Of a stretch of 64,000 nucleotides of DNA, positions 47,085-55,200 are shown piece by piece. This DNA is from Bacteroidales bacterium. Lineage in GTDB: Bacteria; Bacteroidota; Bacteroidia; Bacteroidales; JAGOPY01. Under the pieces are notes generated by a model, which worked only from the letters and a program-made list of their open reading frames with translations, had not been told where the DNA came from and did not search any database. The translations under genes were made by a program, and so were the position numbers. Position 1 is the stretch's first letter, and each line of letters starts with the position of its first letter. The stretch covers positions 130,823 through 194,822 of the forward strand of contig JALNZD010000001.1 in assembly GCA_023229505.1 (NCBI GenBank), written 5' to 3'.

Positions 47085-48161
47085 ATGTTCGATCATCTCA
47101 GAACCAAGGTAAGTCAGAACCTGTTTCTTAAGTTCAAACAACAGGAATCCAAAATACACGAAATCAGCTACTTATTTTGGGAGTGCACTTCAAGGTGCAA
47201 CCTGAATTGCCTGCATTGTGGCAGTGACTGCTCCAAAGACAACCATCATGCCGATATGCCAATGGAAGATTTCTTTAAGGCAATTGATACAATAAAGCAG
47301 GCTCGCTATCCTGTCACAGTCGTACTAACCGGTGGAGAACCATTATTAAGGAAAGATATTGAAACCTGTGGCAAAGAATTGAGAAGAAGAGGCTTCAGGT
47401 GGAGTATGGTTTCAAATGCCTATTTGTACAATGAAAATAAACACAATTCATTGCTTAATGCGGTTATGGGTGCATTGACTTTCAGCCTTGACGGCATGGA
47501 AGAAAATCATAACTGGTTGCGAAATTCAAAGACGATTTTTAAAAAGGTAGATAAAGCAATTGATCTGGCAGTCAGTTCTTCAAGATTGAATTTTGACATT
47601 GTAACCTGCGTCAACCAGCGGAATTTGAATGAACTGCCGGATATTTACGATTACTTAATTCGAAAAGGGGTGAAAGCATGGCGGTTATTCACCATTGCCC
47701 CTATTGGAAGGGCTGTCACGAATAAAGAATTGATGCTCAAACCCGGCCAGTTAAAACTATTATTGGATTTTATCGCAGGCAAAAGATCGGAAAAAGTAAT
47801 GGATATGAAATTCAGCTGCGAAGGCTATGTTGGTCATTATGAAAACCTGGTAAGGGATGGTTTTTTCTTTTGCAGGGCAGGGATAAATATTGGTTCTGTT
47901 TTAATTGACGGATCCATCTCTGCCTGCCCGAATATTGACAGAAGTTTTTCACAGGGGAATATTTATCATGATAATTTCTTTCATATATGGCAGACAGGAT
48001 TTCAGGATTTTCGCAACAGGGATTGGGCAAAGAAGGGTCGATGCAAAAACTGCAAGGATTTTAAATATTGCCAGGGTAACGGGCTTCATTTTTGGCATGG
48101 GGATAAAGAGAATGTGCTGGTTTGTCACAAAGAACAATTGGACAGTTGGACAGTTGGATAG
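47085..48161 (+). CDS. Radical SAM enzyme with a SPASM-like C-terminal Cys-rich domain
   Basis: CX3CX2C motif (CNLNCLHC), GGEPLL, and the C-terminal region CPNIDRS...CKNCKDFKYCQGNG. Confidence 0.85.
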   Translation: MFDHLRTKVSQNLFLKFKQQESKIHEISYLFWECTSRCNLNCLHCGSDCSKDNHHADMPMEDFFKAIDTIKQARYPVTVVLTGGEPLLRKDIETCGKELRRRGFRWSMVSNAYLYNENKHNSLLNAVMGALTFSLDGMEENHNWLRNSKTIFKKVDKAIDLAVSSSRLNFDIVTCVNQRNLNELPDIYDYLIRKGVKAWRLFTIAPIGRAVTNKELMLKPGQLKLLLDFIAGKRSEKVMDMKFSCEGYVGHYENLVRDGFFFCRAGINIGSVLIDGSISACPNIDRSFSQGNIYHDNFFHIWQTGFQDFRNRDWAKKGRCKNCKDFKYCQGNGLHFWHGDKENVLVCHKEQLDSWTVG

Positions 48162-48193
48162 TTGGACAATTTAACAATTTGACAATTTGACAA
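48138..48193. repeat. Period-8 tandem array (7 units) spanning the rSAM stop codon
   Basis: TTGGACAG TTGGACAG TTGGATAG TTGGACAA TTTAACAA TTTGACAA TTTGACAA. The stop TAG is at 48159-48161, inside unit 3. Confidence 0.85.
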
Positions 48194-48215
48194 TCATTCA
48201 AATCCCTTATATGCT

Positions 48216-48223
48216 TAACTTTG
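48216..48223 (+). promoter_or_regulatory. -7 box TAACTTTG for the M1 peptidase gene
   Basis: 36 nt upstream of the ATG at 48259. Confidence 0.5.
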
Positions 48224-48258
48224 TAAAATCTTTCACACTAAACTATAGTATTACTAAA

Positions 48259-50259
48259 ATGAAACAGCTCTCAACCATCTTCATCGCGTCTCTTATTGCA
48301 ATTTCTGCCAGTTATGGACAAAGTGTCATGACCGAAAAAGGATCAAAATCTTGTTCTGATAAGAAATCATCCGGATCATACAGCCTCCGGGAGATCAGCA
48401 GTCCGAATTCACCCAGGCATGCTTTTGACATTTTGAATTATACACTGAATTTTGACCTGTGGAATAATTTCCAGAGCCCTTACCCACAAACCTTCACGGC
48501 TACCGAAGTGATCACTTTTAAGGTAGATACTGCGCTGAATATGATTAAACTGAATGCGGTCAATACATCTCTTCTGATCCAGTCGGTAAGTCTTTCAGGC
48601 TCAACTTTCACCCATATTGATGATACGCTTGCCATTACCCTTGACCGGATTTTTAACGCCGGTGAAATCGTATATGTCGGTATTGCATACAGCCATAAAA
48701 ATGTTGAAGATGGCGGCTTTCACGCCAGCGGTGGATTCGTTTTCACTGATAACGAGCCGGAAGGCGCCCGCAAATGGTTTCCCTGCTATGACAGGCCTTC
48801 CGATAAAGCAAAGGTGGACATCACAACAAAGGTCCCTTTTGATGTTCTGCTTGGCTCAAACGGCCGCCTGGCTGATTCTGTTACCGTAGCCGATACCACC
48901 TGGTTCCACTGGATCAGCCGCGACCCCGTTGCCACTTACCTTACGGTCATGTCAGCAAAGAAGAATTGGAACCTGGACATCGTATACTGGGATCGTCCCT
49001 CCACCCCTAACGAACCGATGCCAATCCGCTTTTATTACAACAACGGTGAGAACCCTTATGGCATGGAGCAACTGGTTCCCCAGATGGCATCCTATTTCTC
49101 GGATAACTACGGGGAGCATCCTTTTGAAAAAGACGGCTTTGCTGCGCTGAATAATGAATTTGCCTGGGGAGGCATGGAGAACCAGTCACTTACCAGCATT
49201 TGCCCTGGCTGCTGGTATGAAAGCCTCCTCTGCCATGAATTTGCACATCAATGGTTCGGCGACATGATCAGTCCCGGCACCTGGGCCGATATCTGGCTGA
49301 ATGAAGGATTTGCCACCTGGTCGGAAGCGTTTTGGTATGAAAAGGACGGAGGTTATGACGCTTATATTAGCGAAATCCAATATGACGCCAGTTATTACCT
49401 GTCGGCAAACCCGGGATGGGCCGTTTATGTACCTGAATGGGCCATCAACACACCGGATAACAGCATCCTTTTTAATTATGCAATTACCTACTGTAAAGGC
49501 GCTTGTATGTTGCACCTGCTTAGGTATTCCCTGGGCGACGACCTGTTTTTCCCGGCACTTTATGATTATGCAACGGATACGGCAGATTTTAAATATAAAA
49601 CCTCCATTACCGACGATTTCCAGGCTAAATTTGAAGCATCCACCGGGCAGGATCTTGACTGGTTCTTCGAATCCTGGGTGAAACAACCCAACCATCCCAT
49701 TTACGAGAACGAATACAATATTAATGATAACAATGGAAGCGGAACCTGGAACCTGAATTTCCTGGCCAACCAGGTACAGACCAATACCGGTTTTTTCCCG
49801 ATCCCGATAGAAATCTACGTTTATTTTGTCGGTGGAACGGATACCACAATCCGGGTGATGAACGATGTAAATCAACAGGTATTTAGCTTCACTTTCGACA
49901 AGCAACCGTCTAATGTGTTCTTCGATGTGCAGAATGAAATTGTGCTGAAAGAAGCTTCGCTGACGATCGGTATCAATGAGGAAAACATCGGCGAGCAGTC
50001 ATTCAGTCTGCAACAGAACTATCCAAACCCGGTGACCGGTCAAACCACCTTCACATACTCTCTTCAGGAAGATGTACAAGTGTCGCTGGCACTCTTTGAT
50101 ATGAGCGGCAAGAAAGTGCTGAGCCTGGTCACTGGACACCAAAACCGTGGCACGCATGTCTTGACCGCCGATCTTTCAAAGCTCGGGACAGGAATTTATT
50201 TATGCCGCCTGAGCGCCCGCAACAACAGCACCACGAAGAGGATTGCAGTAGTGAGATAA
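48259..50259 (+). CDS. M1-family zinc aminopeptidase with a T9SS type-A CTD
   Basis: The start is MKQLSTIFIASLIAISASYGQ. It has GAMEN-like GGMEN, HEFAHQWFGD plus WLNEGFATW, and the CTD LQQNYPNPVTGQTTFTYSL...GIYLCRL. Confidence 0.85.
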   Translation: MKQLSTIFIASLIAISASYGQSVMTEKGSKSCSDKKSSGSYSLREISSPNSPRHAFDILNYTLNFDLWNNFQSPYPQTFTATEVITFKVDTALNMIKLNAVNTSLLIQSVSLSGSTFTHIDDTLAITLDRIFNAGEIVYVGIAYSHKNVEDGGFHASGGFVFTDNEPEGARKWFPCYDRPSDKAKVDITTKVPFDVLLGSNGRLADSVTVADTTWFHWISRDPVATYLTVMSAKKNWNLDIVYWDRPSTPNEPMPIRFYYNNGENPYGMEQLVPQMASYFSDNYGEHPFEKDGFAALNNEFAWGGMENQSLTSICPGCWYESLLCHEFAHQWFGDMISPGTWADIWLNEGFATWSEAFWYEKDGGYDAYISEIQYDASYYLSANPGWAVYVPEWAINTPDNSILFNYAITYCKGACMLHLLRYSLGDDLFFPALYDYATDTADFKYKTSITDDFQAKFEASTGQDLDWFFESWVKQPNHPIYENEYNINDNNGSGTWNLNFLANQVQTNTGFFPIPIEIYVYFVGGTDTTIRVMNDVNQQVFSFTFDKQPSNVFFDVQNEIVLKEASLTIGINEENIGEQSFSLQQNYPNPVTGQTTFTYSLQEDVQVSLALFDMSGKKVLSLVTGHQNRGTHVLTADLSKLGTGIYLCRLSARNNSTTKRIAVVR

Positions 50260-50272
50260 ACAGCAACTACCG

Positions 50273-50342
50273 GTTGGCAGTTATTGGTTATTGGTTACAG
50301 TCACACTTCACTTTTCACGCTTCACCTCTCACGTCTCATGAA
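50273..50342. repeat. Period-7 array (10 units, two word families)
   Basis: GTTGGCA GTTATTG GTTATTG GTTACAG | TCACACT TCACTTT TCACGCT TCACCTC TCACGTC TCATGAA. Confidence 0.85.
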
Positions 50343-50397
50343 ACAAAAATGAGTTCTCAGTTGTTCAATAATATAGAATAGTCAAAAAATAATAACC

Positions 50398-51630
50398 ATG
50401 TTTAATTCAGTAGCATTAGATGTAGTTATAGGCCTGGTATTAATTTACCTTCTGTATAGCCTGTTAGCAACGGTGCTTTCAGAACTGATAGCCACGATAC
50501 TGGGCCTGAGGGCCCGGAACCTGAAAGAAGCAATCGACAGGATGCTTAACGATGAAAAGGAAACCGGCTTTTGGCGCAGGTTATGGGATTCCATAAAGTT
50601 AATGAAGAATCCGAAGAACAAAATAGTCGACGCTTTTTATAATCATCCGGAAATTAAGTACCTGGGAAGTTCCGGTATATTTAAAACGCCTTCCTCCATC
50701 AAAGCGGTTAGTTTTTCCAAAACTTTGATGAACTTAATGTTTGGCAACGATTCGGTTAACAGGGAAATAATTGAGAACAGGTTACAAGGAATTATAAAAA
50801 AAGCTGAAGGCACAAACAAAGAGGCAAAGGATATAATAAAATTAGATCCGGAAACTACATTTTATATTCAGAGTTTGTGGTATCAATCGCAAGGAGATAT
50901 TGCGAAATTTAAAATACAATTGGAAGGGTGGTTCGACCGCACTATGGAGCAGACAACCGTTTGGTATAAGCGCAAAATACAAATTGTATTACTGGTACTG
51001 GGCTTTTTTCTTGCCTGGATTTTTTGTGCCGACACGTTTTCAGTGATTAATAAACTCGCTATTGATAAAGATGCCAGGGAGAAAATAGTCAGCATGGCAA
51101 ATGCTTACGTTCAGAACAACAAAACGCTCATTGATAACATTGCCATTAAAGATACTTCTGAATTGAAGGAATACAGGCAAAAACTTGATTCATTGCTGGC
51201 AATAAAAAAACAATTGGATGCCGACATAGCCAATGCCGGCAGCATCCTCGGATCAGGCGCCTGGCTGCCGGATAATGTAAAAGTTATTACAGACCCGCAA
51301 ACGAATAAAAAGACCTATTATCCTGCAATAGATGCCGCTTCCATTTTAAAGAAAAAAATACCTGATGAAAAAGGAAATCTGACATTTAACACACTGGAAA
51401 AATGGGGCTATTTTTTCAGATTGTTGTATCATCATTTTTTTGGGTTTTTCATCACTGCGATAGCCATATCTCTCGGTGCTCCTTTTTGGTTTGATTTGCT
51501 GAATAAAATGATGAAATTGAGGACTTCCAAAAAGGAAGGAACCGATAGCACGACCCAAACAACTGTGGCCAATACCCAGCCTATGACCGTAAACATTAAC
51601 ACTCGATCCGGTGAGGAGGCGGCAGGTTGA
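50398..51630 (+). CDS. Hypothetical 3-TM membrane protein (C-terminal motif SLGAPFWFDLLNKMMKLR)
   Basis: Hydrophobic segments at about aa 5-36, 194-213 and 343-366, with long charged helical loops. Low G+C. I cannot name a family. Confidence 0.6.
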   Translation: MFNSVALDVVIGLVLIYLLYSLLATVLSELIATILGLRARNLKEAIDRMLNDEKETGFWRRLWDSIKLMKNPKNKIVDAFYNHPEIKYLGSSGIFKTPSSIKAVSFSKTLMNLMFGNDSVNREIIENRLQGIIKKAEGTNKEAKDIIKLDPETTFYIQSLWYQSQGDIAKFKIQLEGWFDRTMEQTTVWYKRKIQIVLLVLGFFLAWIFCADTFSVINKLAIDKDAREKIVSMANAYVQNNKTLIDNIAIKDTSELKEYRQKLDSLLAIKKQLDADIANAGSILGSGAWLPDNVKVITDPQTNKKTYYPAIDAASILKKKIPDEKGNLTFNTLEKWGYFFRLLYHHFFGFFITAIAISLGAPFWFDLLNKMMKLRTSKKEGTDSTTQTTVANTQPMTVNINTRSGEEAAG

Positions 51631-51632
51631 TT

Positions 51633-52544
51633 ATGCCATCAACAGAAAAACCACTGGTTATAAATATTTTAGATAATAAAGACTGGGGATTTATTGATTT
51701 TAAGATTGATGAACTTTGGAAGATATCCAGAGGAAAAGATATTAAAGTAGCAGTGCTTGATTCGGGATTGAATTATAATATGGATGACTTTAAAAATAAC
51801 AAAAACATCTCTTATTATAATGCATTTATGGATTCTGAAAATAAAACTGATTGTCTTGATGATTCTTATGGACATGGAACTAATTGTGCCGGCATTTTAT
51901 GTGCACAAGGCAAAGTTATTTCCGGTGTTGCTCCTGACATAAATTTACTTTCTGTAAAAATTACCAATGAAACAGGAGAAAGGACTTCAAAAGCAATTTT
52001 AAAAGGCCTGGAAAAAGCAATTGCGCTTAATTCGGATGTTATATCTTTAAGCTTTAGTATAGCTAAATTGGATGAAAATTTTAATGGTATTCATGATAAA
52101 ATAAAAGAAGCTTATCAGAAGGATATTGTTGTTTTAGCTGCTGCCGGTGATAGTGGTGCATTGGATTTCCCGGTGGATAATTTTCCCGCATCATTTGTAG
52201 AATGTCTTTCAATAGGCGGAATTGACAGGACAAGGAAAAGAAGTAAATATTCAACCAAAAGTAATTTTCTTGATTTAATGGGACCAGGGGAGGATTTGAT
52301 GTCGGTATTAAGTCCTGATATAAAAATAAACGGGACAAGTTTCTCTACACCCTTTGTTGCAGGTGTTATCGCTTTATTAAAGTCATTTGCAAAAAGTAAA
52401 AATCTTTCATTGACAAATATTGAAATATATGATATCCTTAAAAGGACTGCTGATATCAAGGTTGCGGATACCTATAACCTGGTCGATTACGGATGGGGGA
52501 TCATGGATCCTGTTGCAGCTTTCAACTTATTATCTACGAAATAA
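51633..52544 (+). CDS. S8 (subtilisin-family) serine peptidase without a signal peptide
   Basis: Catalytic motifs VAVLDSG (Asp), HGTNCAG (His) and GTSFSTPFVAG (Ser). The start is the ATG at 51633, or a TTG at 51627 that overlaps the upstream TGA. Confidence 0.85.
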   Translation: MPSTEKPLVINILDNKDWGFIDFKIDELWKISRGKDIKVAVLDSGLNYNMDDFKNNKNISYYNAFMDSENKTDCLDDSYGHGTNCAGILCAQGKVISGVAPDINLLSVKITNETGERTSKAILKGLEKAIALNSDVISLSFSIAKLDENFNGIHDKIKEAYQKDIVVLAAAGDSGALDFPVDNFPASFVECLSIGGIDRTRKRSKYSTKSNFLDLMGPGEDLMSVLSPDIKINGTSFSTPFVAGVIALLKSFAKSKNLSLTNIEIYDILKRTADIKVADTYNLVDYGWGIMDPVAAFNLLSTK

Positions 52545-52554
52545 AATTGTCAAA

Positions 52555-54579
52555 ATGAAGAAATTATTAATATCCTGTATTTTGACCATCATTTCTATCG
52601 GAGCTTTTTCGCAAATAGCCTATTATGATGCTGTTGAATTATCAAAGTATATTGATCGTAATGCTAATCCTCCTGTTTTTAAAAATGATAATGCATCATT
52701 GACAAGCGTGTCTGAAATACTATTAAAGTATTGTCAAAATCTCCCTGACCCGACAAATTTTCATAATGTCATTAGTGCTATAACGACTGATAATCCCGCT
52801 AATAAAAATTACAATCCTATTCTGGCCCCTTATCTGGATATAGTGATCCCGGAAGGCGCTTCAAACATCTCTGTAAAATCCATGATATCCTCTGTAAGCA
52901 ATCTCAATGTCACCGACTTTGCCGATGACCTTGCCAAATTCCTTGTAGAACGAAGTAAAGAAGAACTTAATGTAGCTTTCTTCCGAAAATTCCAGGAGTT
53001 TTTCATATCTTATCCTGAAGCGAAGATTATTTTCCCGACTACTTATGATTTCTTAAAAGAAATCTATTCCTACCAGTATGCCGCAATGCTTCCTGCCTTA
53101 AAAGCCGCTTTTCAAAAGGACTTGAACGCATTTACCACGAATCTTCTTAACCTTCGTGAAATTTCTGATTATGATGGTTATAATACTGATGAAAAAATCA
53201 GGCGAAGAGCTGATGAAATCACCGACCTCCTCAAAACACCGGGAGGAAGGTCTGTTATTGGCGCCCTCATTGTTGCCAATGGCATTGTTAAGGGTAACCA
53301 TGCAGCAGATATTATAAGCAATCTTGCCGGCGATGACATCTGCAAAGCATTCCCCGATGATAACTTTTCCAATACAATCCAATTTGTTGATCTTGTATCG
53401 CACTCATTAAGAAGCAATGATGAAGGAAGGGTCTGGATTACCAAACAGCAGGCAAGCGCTTTGGTTAAAGATGATATCGCATTGAATATTTATCTTGGAT
53501 TGATTTATGCAACAGATCAGAAAAACAGCCATCATATTAAATTTATGCTGGATAGCTCATCGGTTACTTTAAAAGCTTTTTTAACCGATTTAAATACAAA
53601 ATGGCCGTCTGCAGAAGCATTAAGATTTAAAGAAAACTTCGCTGTAATGGCTGATGCTATGAGCGAAGTTGCAGATAATGCCAAAAATGTAATTGATGCA
53701 AAACAACAGGGCGATCAGGCTTCTATTATTGTTTATGCTGATTATGCATCTTCCATTTCCAGCTATTTAAAGCAGGCCGTCAACTTCCTTTCAAACAATG
53801 CCGGCATTAATCCTTCACTATCAAAGCTTGTTCCTGAAATGCTGAAATTCACAAATGTTATTGATGATGCAGCCAATGCCTGTTATGATTTAAAATCGCA
53901 GAATTATGGTGCATTAGTGCTGCATACTTCTGCCATACTTGCGGAATTATTAGAATCCGGTTATACATTTAAAGACGATTATATTAAATACGGAATCTTC
54001 ATGGCGAATGTTGTCGAAGCAAATAATTCTGACGAGGTCAACGCTGCCATAGAAGCTGCTGTATTGCCTGTTGGAAGTTCTTCCATCAAAAGAGAAACGG
54101 ATTTCAATATTTCTTTAAACGCATATATCGGCCCATATGGAGGGGCCGAATATCTGCCAAAGCTTAAAACAGATCAATGGGCGTTTACAACAGGAATTAC
54201 AGCTCCTGTCGGAGTCGCGTTGAGCTGGGGAAATATAGGGAAAGGAAAAACTATTGGTCTTGAAAAGATAAAAGGCGGAAAAAGTTTTACCATTTTTATT
54301 CCGGTCATCGACGTTGGCTCATTGGCTAGTTTCAGACTGGGAAATGATAGCAGCAAAGTAGCATCTGATGTCAAGCTGGCAAATATTATTTCACCTGGTG
54401 TTTATTTTTATTATGGTTTTGGCAAGTGCCCTGTTTCAATTGGATTGGGAGGGCAGGTCGGCCCTCAGATAAGGGGAGTCACTGCAACTGATGTAAATGT
54501 TGATAAAAATTTCTATTTCAGGTTTGGGCTAAATATCGTTGTTGATATTCCATTTTTTAACCTTTATACAAAGAACTAA
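52555..54579 (+). CDS. Hypothetical 674-aa secreted protein (helical body, beta-rich C-terminus)
   Basis: The likely start is MKKLLISCILTIISIGAFSQ (ATG at 52555). The C-terminus GVYFYYGFG...FYFRFGLNIVVDIPFFNLYTKN looks beta-barrel-like. I recognise no family. Confidence 0.6.
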   Translation: MKKLLISCILTIISIGAFSQIAYYDAVELSKYIDRNANPPVFKNDNASLTSVSEILLKYCQNLPDPTNFHNVISAITTDNPANKNYNPILAPYLDIVIPEGASNISVKSMISSVSNLNVTDFADDLAKFLVERSKEELNVAFFRKFQEFFISYPEAKIIFPTTYDFLKEIYSYQYAAMLPALKAAFQKDLNAFTTNLLNLREISDYDGYNTDEKIRRRADEITDLLKTPGGRSVIGALIVANGIVKGNHAADIISNLAGDDICKAFPDDNFSNTIQFVDLVSHSLRSNDEGRVWITKQQASALVKDDIALNIYLGLIYATDQKNSHHIKFMLDSSSVTLKAFLTDLNTKWPSAEALRFKENFAVMADAMSEVADNAKNVIDAKQQGDQASIIVYADYASSISSYLKQAVNFLSNNAGINPSLSKLVPEMLKFTNVIDDAANACYDLKSQNYGALVLHTSAILAELLESGYTFKDDYIKYGIFMANVVEANNSDEVNAAIEAAVLPVGSSSIKRETDFNISLNAYIGPYGGAEYLPKLKTDQWAFTTGITAPVGVALSWGNIGKGKTIGLEKIKGGKSFTIFIPVIDVGSLASFRLGNDSSKVASDVKLANIISPGVYFYYGFGKCPVSIGLGGQVGPQIRGVTATDVNVDKNFYFRFGLNIVVDIPFFNLYTKN

Positions 54580-54585
54580 ATACGA

Positions 54586-55086
54586 ATGAAAACCATCTAC
54601 ATCGTCAGGCATGCTAAATCATCATGGAATATGATAGATATACCAGATGAACAACGACCGTTGCTGGAGAAAGGTAAGAAAAGGATCAAAAAGGTCATTG
54701 ATTACCTGCATGAAAAACATATCAAGGTTGATTACATTATTTCCAGCCATGCCGTCAGGGCGCATGAAACGGCTAAAATCCTGGCACACGCTTTAAAATA
54801 CCCTATCGAAAACATCAAGATCGATTCAAAGATTTATCATGGCAATGGTGACGATATCCTGAACCAATTCTATGATCTGCCCGACCGCTTCGACTCGGTG
54901 ATGATCGTTGGCCATAACCCTTCATTGACAGATTTTGTAAATATTTTCCTGAAATCCCCTATCGACAACCTTCCAACTTCGGGAGTGGTCAGCTTTACTT
55001 TTGATACGGACAAATGGGAGAAAGTGGCTAATGCTGGCCGGAAAACGAATTTCATTCTCTTTCCTAAAGAATTGCCGGGAAAATAA
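54586..55086 (+). CDS. sixA: SixA-type histidine phosphatase family protein
   Basis: IYIVRHAKSSW (RHG/RHA motif), HAVRAHETA and VGHNP. 166 aa. Confidence 0.8.
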   Translation: MKTIYIVRHAKSSWNMIDIPDEQRPLLEKGKKRIKKVIDYLHEKHIKVDYIISSHAVRAHETAKILAHALKYPIENIKIDSKIYHGNGDDILNQFYDLPDRFDSVMIVGHNPSLTDFVNIFLKSPIDNLPTSGVVSFTFDTDKWEKVANAGRKTNFILFPKELPGK

Positions 55087-55142
55087 GAATAAGCCCGGGT
55101 GGTTCGATGGAAGAATTCCTATCCACCCAACTGCAACTTGAT

Positions 55143-55150
55143 TAACTTTG
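55143..55150 (+). promoter_or_regulatory. -7 box TAACTTTG for ppk
   Basis: 51 nt upstream of the ATG at 55201. Confidence 0.5.
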
Positions 55151-55200
55151 CAATTCAAAACCAAAGCCCTCCATTCGGGCTGAAAAATGTCTGTGTTTTT

